30,086 nucleotides of DNA from Octopus sinensis (GCF_006345805.1 NW_021832502.1:1-30086), one strand, 5' to 3'. Counted from the first letter of the stretch, positions 10,491-22,245 are shown. Made by a program: numbers and translations. Notes: a model not told the origin generated them from the sequence alone.

Positions 10491-11839
10491 AAATCCTCAC
10501 ATCGCATACCACGTGATCTGTTCATGACAACTGAATCAAATCACGAAGACCCAACCATCTTTCAATATTTCATAATTTTTTTTTTTTTTTGTATTGACTT
10601 CCATATTTCAGGAGTTCGATCCATCGGAAACGAGAAATTCAGTATTACGATGCTAAAAAGATTTGGTTATAATATAATGGACATACTCTATTGCAAGTAT
10701 TGAGTACATAACCTGTTATTAAACACGAACGTTTACTAAATCATATCCATTTATAGAGACATAACACATATACAAGGTGTGTGTGTATATGTGTGTGTAT
10801 ATGTGTGTATATGCATGTGTATGTGTGTGTATATGTGTGTGTGTGCATATATTTGATAAGACAATAGAGCCATTGTTACAATGGAGAGGAAAAAGAACAT
10901 TCAAGAGTTCAGAGAAAGAGAGAGAGGGTGAGAGAGAGAAGGGGGAGACAAAATGTGACAAAGGGGGTAAAGAGGGAGTGTGTTACTGTAAAACTACATT
11001 CTACAAAAATATTTCTGCAAAAAATAGAACGTCTTTTAATTGGCTCGCCACATTTTCACTCTCGGTATTATGTGTGTGTGCGTGCGTGTATAGCTCTATA
11101 TATGTATATATATGTATGTATATATATTTATATATGTATACCTACACACAGAATCACATATATGTATATATATATATATATATATATAGAAAATCTCTAT
11201 ATATGTATATATATATTATATATGTATGTATTATGCATGTATATATATTATTTAGCTAATAGATATCAAATATTGTTTCCATTATTCGTTCATTCGGCAT
11301 TTCTAGCTTTCATGTTCTGTTTCTTTACTGCATCCACTTATGCATCAATAACACACACACAGACATACATACACACATACACACACACACGTGTACGTAT
11401 ATATATATATGTAGATATGCAACTCATATACACAAACATGGGTACATACTTAACATTCTGGCTTTGAACTGGCATGCTTGCGCTTTGATTGGTGTGTCTT
11501 TAACTCAGAGAAATAATAATATTGTATGATGTTTGCCAATGCCTAATGTGCATGTAACAATGTTTGTTATGTTAAGGCAAATTGTAAAAATGCATTGTAA
11601 AACGTGGACAGAGAGTCAACGCAGTGTTTATGTTTATTCAATATTTCGGCTTCAATGGGAGTCAGCCGTCAGCCTCGATCGAGAAACTCGTAAAGACACG
11701 TTAAATAACGGAAATCTGTTGTGACAGGCGGCCTTTCACATAAACAGCGTCAGTTTCTGCGCATGTCCCAACACTCTTGCCTTTGTAACGGTTTCGGTGT
11801 TCATGTTGTTTTGGATTTAATGTTAAACATTCATTGCGC

Positions 11840-12612
<773 letters not shown>

Positions 12613-12921
12613 TACGGGGCTTCAAGCCAACACACAAACCTGAATAAAAATAAAAATAAAAATAGAAACACACCATGCTGCAGTAATGCTGGTCCAGTCT
12701 TTTCAGGAAGACACAAAAACAACAACAACAAAAGTGGAAACTACAACCCTATCCAACAGTGCAACCACACCTCCAGCCAAAAACTGCTCCCTAAGCAGGA
12801 AAATTCTTATTTAGCCATGTTGAACATGGCAAAAGAGATACACAAAAACATTCTAGCCATCACTCAACACCATCCTATGCTATTACCTCAGTGCACCAAT
12901 TCCCCACATTGCTGCCACTAA
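12613..12921 (+). pseudogene. Probable 3' remnant of LINE ORF1
   Basis: Open frame 1 from the microsatellite junction to TAA 12919-12921 (…[32 protein letters not shown]…), directly upstream of the endonuclease frame. No recognisable domain. Confidence 0.45.
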
Positions 12922-15895
12922 CACACACAAAAAATCCAAGCCCCCTGCAACAGTCAAAACCAGCCACTACACTAACCTCCACATTTCTACTCAATGCACA
13001 AGGTGTCAGCCCTTCCATCAATGCACAAAAATGGAAGGTCCAATTCATTGAAGATTGGGTTGGTAACCATTCACATTACATCCCTTTCTTCATTCTCACT
13101 GAGACACACCTTGACAACTCCCACTTGGAAGCCGAAGTGAGAGTGAAGAATTTCACAACCATCCGCGCGGATCGTATCGGCAGGAGGAAGGGTGGAACTG
13201 CCATTTTCCTGCATGATTCATTTACGGCAGATGGAAATAGTATATTCTCCAACGGCTACTGTGAATCAGTCACCGTGCACAATAAAGCCAATGACCTGAC
13301 AGTAATTGGGCTATAGGCCGCCCCAAACACCCTACTGTGCTTTAAAGAATGCCTCAACAGCATTAAGTGCTTTATTCAACAGTGCCATTCTAGCAACATA
13401 CTCATGATGGGAGACTTCAATCTACCCTGTGTTGACTGGACTACAAACCAAGCACTCCCGCCTCAAACGCTGACAAAGAAGCAGCAGAGTCACTTTTCGA
13501 CTTTACGAATGAGTTTTCTTGTCCCAACTTGTCCTTGCACCAACAAGACATCAGAACATTTTGGACCTAGTGTTTAGTAACCACACTAACACTATACATA
13601 ACGTTACAGTGGAAAAAACCCTTCTTTCAGACCATGACATGGTTCTCTGTAACATGAAATTCCACCAGCCGAAAGCTAATCCTAGTGACCTTCCTCCAGC
13701 CCACCCATTTGACAACATGGATCTCCATAATGCCAACTGGGATGCAATCAGGAACGAGCTATCACATGTTGACTGGTCCTTTACACATACACACGTCTCC
13801 ACCAACCATAAAACATCTTGGCAGATCTTGTAGACACACGACATATGTGCAAAACACTCCCCACCAAGACCTGTGAACAAAAAGTGCAGAATCCCCCAAA
13901 ACAGAAAACCATTATCAGAAAAATAAAAAGAACAAACAAAAAAAATTAACAAACTAAAGTACTGCCAACAGCAACACACACATTCGACGGCTATCGCACT
14001 GCTTGAATCCAAAAAATATAACCTCCAACAATGCATGAAGACCCTCATCAATAACCAAAGATCAGCTGAGGAGAAGTAGGCCATTGAAAAAATCAAACTC
14101 AACCCCAAAGTGTTCTTTTCATTTGCGAGGAAACGCAGGGTCACTGTCTCCATTGTTGGCCCTCTAATTGACGAAACTGACACTCTCCAAGATAATGGCC
14201 GAGATACTGCAGAAACAATACTGCTCTGTTTTCAGCAATCCTGATATGGCCGATCTGGGCTGTATCAGTGATGTCAACGCCCAACACACTATATCGGACA
14301 TAACGTTTAGTGCCCCTGATGTCTTAGCGGCGATAAACGAAATAGAACACAATTCAGCAGTAGGCCCCGATAGGTTCCCTGCTTGTGTCCTGAAGGTGTG
14401 TCGACACCAACTTGCATCTCCCCTTGCTAATCTGTGGAGAAACTCATTGGATGCTGGCTATATTCCAAAAAACCTTCTGTCCCAGTCTGTTGTCCCAGTT
14501 TTCAAAAAGGGAAACAAGTCCCTTGCAGTGAACTACCGTCCGATCTCACTCACCTCTCATATCATCAAGGTATTTGAGAGGGTGGTGAGATCTCGAATAA
14601 CCCAATTTCTGGAAAGCAACAGACGGCTGATCTCCAACCAACATGGGTTCCGTAATGGAAGGGACTGCCTAACGCAGCTCCTGCATCACTTTGATGACAT
14701 TTTGAGAGCTTTGGGAGAGGGCTCCAACACCGATGTCATCTACCTTGATTTCAGTAGGCCTTCGACAGGGTCGATCACAAGATCCTATTGAAAAAACTAT
14801 CCAACATTGGTGTCTCTGGAAAGTTACTGAAATGGATCAAGTGTTTCCTGACAGACAGATCTCAACATGTTGTAGTTGAAGGGGTAAAATCAAGCCCAGC
14901 CAAAGTCAGTAGTGGCGTTCCGCAAGGCACTGTGCTGGGCCCACTTCTTTTCATCATTTACATTAATGACATTAATGACATCATCAAGCACAGCAACATA
15001 AAAATCTTTGCAGATGATTCCAAGCTACAGAAGGTCATAAATGAGGCGAGTGACCGGACATGCCTTCAGTCAGATCTACTGGCTGTTATCCAATGGGCAG
15101 AAAAAAACAATATGCTGCTGAACGAGGATAAATTTGAGTTAATCCACTTTGGAAAAGAGGATACCCTGAAACTCCCATACTCCCTTCCTTCAGGTGAAAC
15201 TCTCGCGGCGTCCAACAATATCAGAGACTTGGGAGTAATTGTGGACAACAACATAAGCTGGGCCACTCATATAAACACCAAAGTTGACATGGCCCGCAGA
15301 ATGTGTTCCTGGATTCTCAGAACTTTCCAGTCGAGAGATATCCACACCATTATCCTTCTCTTATCCACTTTTGCCCGACCCCACCTTGAATACTGTTGTC
15401 CACTGTGGTCTCCCCACACAATACATGGTATCATAAAAGTTGAAGCACCTAAAAGGGCAATCACAAAAAAGATAGATAGCATGACAGGCCTCTACTATTG
15501 GGGTCGACTAGAAAAGCTAAAACTTTATTCTCTCCAACGTCGTCGTGAGCGCTACATCATCTGCATGATGTGGAAAATATTCCATCAGCATTGCCCAAAT
15601 GATGTTGGCATCACCTTTAAGGTACATCCAAGGCTTGGGCCCCGTGCCATCCGCCCAAAACAAAAATCGCACTTTCATCTCATAGCAACAATACGGCACA
15701 ATTATTTCACCTCAATTGGCCCCGCTCTCTTTAACATTACACCAAAACACATTAAAACAGAAACTGACCCTATAGGGTTCAAGAAGTCTTTGGACAGATT
15801 CCTTCAAGAAATGCCGGATAAACCCCCCTACACCCGGATATGTCTCTGTAAACAATAACTCTCTACATGAGTGGGCCATAGTGCCCAAATTCTGA
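12891..15895 (+). pseudogene. LINE ORF2 (APE endonuclease + reverse transcriptase), at least 8 stops/frameshifts
   Basis: EN motifs: LLNAQG, LTETHL, GGTAIFL, TAG in place of YRPP (13314-16), MMGDFNLPCVDW, ILDLVFSN, LSDHDMV. Linker NPKVFFSF. RT motifs: GPDRFP, VPVFKKG..NYRPISLTS, QHGFRNGR, YLDFS/AFDRVDH (frameshift ~14755), GVPQGTVLGPLLFIIYIND, FADD. C-terminus RPHLEYCCPLWSP, LYSLQRRRERY. Probable true stop TGA 15893-95 after a slip in the C6 run. Confidence 0.95.
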
Positions 15896-15985
15896 CTTGA
15901 AAGACTTCACCAGGTGGTGCTATTAAGTTAGACATGGCCTGGGCCAATAATGGCCGAAACCTATCAAAGTATCAAAGTATCAAAG

Positions 15986-16016
<31 letters not shown>

Positions 16017-16057
16017 GTATGTATATATAATATACATCTATATATATAGATATATAT

Positions 16058-16095
<38 letters not shown>

Positions 16096-16098
16096 ATG

Positions 16099-16129
<31 letters not shown>

Positions 16130-16139
16130 GTATGTATAT

Positions 16140-16190
<51 letters not shown>

Positions 16191-16204
16191 ATATATATAT
16201 ACAT
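15986..16204. repeat. (TA)n microsatellite 3' of the LINE
   Basis: Directly abuts the LINE octamer tail. Confidence 0.97.
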
Positions 16205-16904
16205 ATAGTGTTAAACGTGCGATTTTAACTTTTTGTAGTATTTCTGGTTAACTTTTCCTGTTACCTTCATTTTTATTAACGACTTTTTTCAAGTGAATAT
16301 TTGTTAACTTTTCTATTAAGTGTTCATGTTGACAGTTTTTGCCACCGTTCATTTCTTAAAGTTTACTGTTACATTTCATATGACCCTCTTCGTGTCACGT
16401 TCACGGTTAATGTCCACTTCTTAACTTCTCTGTGATTCGTGAACGTTTCGTTACGAACAGCTACTTCTTAACCTTTTCTTGTTAATGTTTATAGGTTACG
16501 ACTGGCTTAGTGAAATCTCAGTCCAGTATTAAATCAACGCCGTATTTGCCGAAATAGCATTAAACACAGTTTCTGTTTTTTTTTCTCTCTTATATGTAAA
16601 CTGTCGTTAACACTATCTTCCAACATCTTTAATTAAATGACAAGACTTTGGGTAAACTACGTAAATTTCTTTGGTTTTCTTCCGTTAAATGTTTCATTAC
16701 TTCGTATGACATTGAGCCATTTTCAAAAATCTTCAGAAATGTGTTATCCATCCATTTAATCAACCTATCCAGAAATCCATTCATCCATTAATCTGTAAAT
16801 ATAAAGCTATCAAGATTATTTATGTTTTAAAGTAAATTCTTAAACAAGGTTCAGCACTCATCTTAACTATCTTGGATCATTACTATGTATTTCAGTTAAT
16901 TCAC

Positions 16905-17340
<436 letters not shown>

Positions 17341-18073
17341 GTCGTTCTTATTTTTTTTCTCATGTGGATTTAAACATACCTGCTTTACATTGATTAAAAT
17401 CTACTTTAAAACTAATTTTTAAAAATGAATTAAATATAAACAATTACAACAACAAGAACAACAACAATAACCATTCTCTTTGATGTTTTTAGCGAATTAA
17501 TTTATGCTTTCTTGTTTTTAGAAAATTTTAATTAATCAGTTTTCTTTTTTTTTTATAAAATCTTGCTCCTTCTTAATACAGGAACAACAAATTTAAATTA
17601 CAAATTATTTTATGTAAAAATTCTTTATTAATTTTATTTCAATGAATATTTAATAACTTTGCTGTTTATTCTTAACCCTTTCTTCCTTCCACCCCAGCTT
17701 ATTTTCTTTCTTCCTCTCTCCCTTCGACGTTCTTCTTTCTTTCAGTCTCCTTTTTCTTTCATTTTTCTTCTCTTTCATCCATCCATTCATTCGTTATTCT
17801 CATTTCATTTATACACTCTTTCTCTTTCTTCCTTTCTCTTCCCTTTTCATTCATTCATTCATTCATACTTTCTTTTTCTCTATTTCTTCCTCTCGTCCTT
17901 ACTCAACGTTTCTTTCATTCCCAAAATTTTATAGTTAGTGTACACTTCATTACCACCACCACCACCACCACCACTACTACCACCGCCGCTACCACCACCA
18001 CCACCGCCGCCGCCACCACTGCCACAAACAAGTGCAGGATAGATTAGATGCTAATGATCTACAAACCCCTAAG

Positions 18074-18216
18074 AGTTGTCATGGATGGAACAACTTTGAC
18101 CCATTGGTCAGCTAAGATCAAAGGTGACATCTAGTGAAGCAACAACAACAATTGACCTTTAAATGGAACCTAGACACGGTCACTAAAACAAGCAACCAAT
18201 TCTCCCTCAAATAGCA
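18074..18216 (+). repeat. Module A with (CAA)n tail (18074-18151) followed by a module B fragment (18175-18216)
   Basis: gtcatggatggaacaactttgacccattggtcagc...aacaacaac, then ctaaaacaagcaaccaattctccctcaaat. Confidence 0.65.
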
Positions 18217-18506
18217 TTGCACCGTTTATCAAAAGACTTACTCATAGCTCTGCATCTAAATACAACGAGATGTGTCATTGGGGCTGTAACATCGTTCGAG
18301 TTTAAACAGCAGCAGCAGCAGCAGCAGCGGTTAGTAGTAGTAGTAGTAGTAAGAGAAACGCCATCAACTCGAACGTTTTCTCTCTGAATAATTTACAAAT
18401 TTGGAAATCATTTCGATGTAGTTGGTTTTCATGAAAACCTGTATCATCAGTCATTAGAATTTTTAATTAAAGAGGAAGTTAATTAATATAGACAGTGTTT
18501 ACAGCT

Positions 18507-18852
18507 GATTATTGTCTAGCCTCGGGTCTGCCTTCATCCTACGCATGTATCATGAAAACAATCAAGTTGTGACCATCCTGTTGAACAAACTCTCCAGCTT
18601 ACCTTATCAGTACCACCAGAAAACAATCTTCCCTCCTCGCGATTTCTCTTTTTGATGGGTCGAACCGGAAACCTCTTACAGGGGAAAGCAATCTATTCCA
18701 ACATTTTCAACATTTTAGACCAACACGAGACAAGCCAACACAAGATTTGAAATACTTTAGTGCAATAGGAGATTTCTCAGGTAGTAGGATATGGTTTGAG
18801 GGATATTTGACTGCGCTTTCTGTCAGGTCGATGTACCAAGTCGACGCTCTCC
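18507..18852 (-). repeat. Two-module repeat copy (A 18507-18582, B 18782-18852)
   Basis: ttgtctagcctcgggtctgcc...ttgtgaccatcc, then taggatatggtttgagggatatttgactgc, which parallels taggatgtggtttgagggagatttagctgc at 7642-7671. Confidence 0.7.
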
Positions 18853-18886
18853 CTTTGATTTGACCATCACATTTGACCATTCACAT

Positions 18887-19139
18887 TTAGAACTTGAGAA
18901 AAGTCTTGCATATTTTTACTATTCCACTCACAGATTGCACTTATAATGTACGAATTATCCAGTCGATTTCTTTTTCTGGAAATCCCAGTTTATCCATATA
19001 CTCTTTCAAGCATTTACTAACAAAACCCAGTGCTCCAATTATCATTGGTATGAATATAAATTCATAGTCTGGATATAGAAGCTGGGGGTTTCGAAGCAGT
19101 TGTCCATAGATATCCTTTTTTTCTTTTATTTTCAAAGAG

Positions 19140-19142
<3 letters not shown>
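18887..19142 (-). pseudogene. C-terminal fragment of an RLE-type (R4/Dong/NeSL-like) non-LTR retrotransposon
   Basis: KIKEKKDIYGQLLRNPQLLYPDYEFIFIPMIIGALGFVSKCLKEYMDKLGF...IIRTL*VQSVSGIVKICKTFLKF*. Contains the PxIIGALG motif found downstream of the restriction-like endonuclease core. One in-frame stop at 18941-43. Confidence 0.85.
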
Positions 19143-19170
<28 letters not shown>

Positions 19171-19270
19171 TGTATGTATGTATGTATGTATGTATGTATG
19201 TATGTATGTATGCATGCATGTATGTACGCATGTACGTATCTACCTACCTACCTAATTACCTATCTACCTA
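19142..19270. repeat. (TATG)n then (TACC)n/(TATC)n tetranucleotide repeats
   Basis: Directly visible. Confidence 0.96.
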
Positions 19271-19720
19271 TCATCTCCCCACCCTGTCAACTCCCTTACT
19301 TTCTCACACTCTTTCAAGCATTATACATTCATCTATTGTTCCCTATCCACATAAACTCTGAGCTTCCTTTCAACAACGTGATAAATCTCCCACTTGCTTT
19401 ACCATATCTCTCTCTCTCTCGCCGTCCCATTCTGTCTATATCCACCCATTTTCTACCCTTTAAACATCATCCCTGTCCACTTCCATCCAACATTCCTTCA
19501 TTCATATTTTGCTTACCCGAATCTTCAAACGGAATCTACCATTTTGACTATAAATCTTAACAACTGATCAAAAATATTCACGCATTTGAAAAATATGGCC
19601 TTTTGCAATGGATCACTTTTTAAAGCTAATTAACATAAACCTACATACAGATATGAGTATGCGTGAGTATGATGTGTAAATGTATAAATATATTATATAT
19701 ATATATATAATATATAATAG

Positions 19721-19821
<101 letters not shown>

Positions 19822-19829
19822 TATATATG

Positions 19830-19860
<31 letters not shown>

Positions 19861-20018
19861 CAGAATGATACCCTTTAGTGAACACATTGCTACCACTATT
19901 TGTAATCTTTCCATTTTATCAAAGTGCTTGTGGATCACCAACACAAGTTCGATTAAGTAAGGAAACCTACTTCAGTGAAATATATATATATATATATATA
20001 TATATATTTCACACCACA

Positions 20019-20181
20019 ACAGGCTTTTTTCAATTCTTGCCAATGAAATCCACTCGCGATTCCTTGGTCAGTCCGGGACTATTATACAAGACACCTGCCG
20101 AAGGTGCTATGCAGCGGCGAGATTGAACCTGGAACCATATGGATGACAAGCTCACTTCTTGCCACACAGCCACACCTGAGC
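20019..20181 (-). mobile_element. 5' (tRNA-derived head) half of OR-like SINE
   Basis: Minus strand reads gctcaggtgTGGCTGTGTGGcaagaag...GGTTCAATCTC..., i.e. Pol III A- and B-box-like motifs, and runs into a (TA)n tract at 19980-20008. Confidence 0.8.
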
Positions 20182-20460
20182 ACAATATAGTACAGTTGTC
20201 TTCAGTACAGCACAATGCAATAAGAGGTGACACTGCAGACTATGGTTTAATATGGTATTAAACACAGTAGAGTACAGTGCAGTTTGGTGTGATAGAGTAC
20301 ATCTTGATGAGGCATAGTGCAGGCAAGCACAATATTGTTCGGTTCTATGACAATATAGGTTTATGTACTAAAATACAGCAAAGTGTAGTTTTATATCGAA
20401 GAGTTTAATAACGTATTCTATGGGGAATTACAGTGGAGTACAACAGAGTACAACTAAGTA
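20182..20460. repeat. Cryptic, highly diverged pentamer satellite (TACAG-like)
   Basis: In-phase 5-mers tacag/tgcag/tagag/catag/cacag/tatgg recur across ~280 bp. Confidence 0.6.
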
Positions 20461-20712
20461 TTCCGTCGATTGATATCGGAAAGAAGGTATTGTAAACAGA
20501 AAGTGAAAGTTAGAAGGAAAAAAATGTATGATTGTCACATCGTTGTCACGTAGACATATACATACAAGTACATTTATACATGCCAACGTGTCTGTATGTA
20601 AACATACTATTACTTATACCTATATACGTATATATGAACACATATCTGCACATATAAAATATCTGTATATACATATACATATATATATATATATATTATA
20701 TATATATACATA

Positions 20713-20778
20713 CACATATTTATGCATGCTTCTGTATATATGTATAATAAACACATCCATATACATACACACACACAC

Positions 20779-20833
<55 letters not shown>

Positions 20834-20905
20834 TTGTGTTTGTGTGTGTATGTATATGGATGTGTTTATATATACATATATACAGAAGCATGCATAATAT
20901 ATGTG
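20713..20905. repeat. Near-perfect palindrome centred on (TA)n
   Basis: 20721-20785 equals the reverse complement of 20831-20896 apart from 1 indel and 1 mismatch. Confidence 0.95.
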
Positions 20906-20931
20906 CATGCATAATATATGTATATATATAT

Positions 20932-20967
<36 letters not shown>

Positions 20968-21530
20968 CATACAACACCACAAACACACACACACACACCA
21001 CACACACACCACACACCTATATAATATATAGCTATAGAGGGGAGTGTCTAATTTTCTTTCTTCTTTCTCATGTAGTTGCTCTATTCTACACCAATCAGTG
21101 TGAATGCTGAATGCACCCTCCCCCACCCTCACCCCACCCCACCTACCGTTCTCAGTGTCACACCTCGCTTCCCCCTTCACCCCACCCCCTGCACGCTCTG
21201 TAGATTTCTCAAGCTTCCGTTTAATTCCTTATGTGTAGCAACCATTATATCGGTCACAGTCTGTTGACATTTCAAGATTTGCTCTCTTCCGGATGCTAAT
21301 CATTTAACATCATCATCAGCATCAGCATCAGCATCAGCATCATCATCAACAACAGCAACAATAACCACAGATATAATGCCAGTGGCTACTACTACCACTG
21401 CTGCTGCTGCTGCTACTAATGTACAAGTGTTATTCTAATGGTAATGACAATGAAATATTTATTAATTGAAAATTTAGGAATGAAACGTATTAACTCTAAT
21501 TAGAATAACTAATTAATTATTTTTTCCCCT

Positions 21531-21733
21531 AATCTTGGCAAAAGTCCAGCAATTTTAAGGGAACAAGCAAGTTGATTACGTCGAACTCAGTACTCAGTTG
21601 TTACCTGTTTTATCGATCGGAAAAGATAATGATTAAAATCGATGCAGCCGGAATTTGAACTCAGAACGCAGAGTTGGTAGAAATGCTGTTGAGTGTTTCG
21701 TCTGACACGCTAAGGACTTTGCCAGATCGCTAC
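21531..21733 (-). mobile_element. OK-like SINE, decayed copy
   Basis: Collinear with neighbour 21752-21953 (gaatttgaactcagaacg vs tatttgaacccagaacg; ggcaaaagtccagcaattt vs ggcccaaggccagcaattt). Confidence 0.75.
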
Positions 21734-21751
21734 ATACATAAAGGTAATAAA

Positions 21752-21953
21752 AATGGTTTCAAAGTTTGGCCCAAGGCCAGCAATTTCGAGAGGATAAGTC
21801 GACCCCAGTACACAACTGGTACTTATTTATCGACCCTGAAAGAGTGTAAGGCAAAGTCGATTGAGGTGGTATTTGAACCCAGAACGTAAAGACGAACGAA
21901 ATGCCACTAACAATTTTGCCCGGAGTGCTAACGATTCTACCAGCTCACCGCCT
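21752..21953 (-). mobile_element. OK-like tRNA-derived SINE, near full length
   Basis: Minus strand starts aggcggtgagcTGGTAGAATCGttagc (A-box-like) and has GGGTTCAAATACC (B-box), then gtcgataaataagtaccag...ctggggtcgac. The family name is from memory. Confidence 0.85.
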
Positions 21954-21980
21954 GAAACAGTAATAATAATAATAATAATA

Positions 21981-22240
21981 AAGGAAAAAATGAAAGGAAA
22001 ATATAATGAATTGGAAAGAGAAGCGAGGAATTTGTGGCCCAGGAGGGCACTTGTCGAACAGGCTTAGTAGTTTCCTTATAGAGATTGGTGTAACTACAAA
22101 AGCTGCATTAAACAGAAGTCTGTTGGGAAGAGCAAGGAGTGTAAGAAGGGTCGTGGATATGTGAGGGAATTGGTTTCTGACCCGGTGTCAGGGACATTGA
22201 TTCTGAGTGTAAGACATTAGTGCACGGTATGAATAATAAG
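21981..22240 (+). mobile_element. 3' end of an R4/Dong-like RLE non-LTR element flanked by (TAA)n
   Basis: KEKMKGKYNELEREARNLW..., then after disruption IEIGVTTKAALNRSLLGRARSVRRVVDM* (TGA 22162-64). This resembles the R4/Dong C-terminal pattern KYxxLxxE...W...LLGTARxxRxVL. The 3' UTR ends in gaataataag. Confidence 0.65.
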
Positions 22241-22245
22241 AACAA

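Larger units (their letters stand above)
12613..15985 (+). mobile_element. CR1-group (CR1/L2/Daphne-like) non-LTR retrotransposon, 5'-truncated and degraded
   Basis: APE endonuclease, RT and CR1-type C-terminus in order. 3' UTR has a GGCCA-ATAA-TGGCC hairpin and a (TATCAAAG)x3 tail at 15962-15985. Confidence 0.95.

Noticed and set aside
10590-10700. Strong acceptor-like site (poly-T, tattgac, tttcag at 10611)
   Set aside because: There is no convincing donor or recognisable peptide downstream, and poly-T tracts are common here.
13551-14183. 210-aa minus-strand ORF (also 15066..15266, 15267..15482, 15517..15699)
   Set aside because: Antisense shadows of the LINE ORF2 with no independent motifs.
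19000-19322. Exact 15-mer ACTCTTTCAAGCATT at 19000 and 19308
   Set aside because: It cannot be a TSD because the RLE reading frame continues uninterrupted through the first copy. No mechanism is supported, so it is treated as coincidence.
20100-21953. SINE heads as genuine tRNA genes
   Set aside because: A/B boxes are present but no cloverleaf can be completed, and they continue into SINE body sequence.
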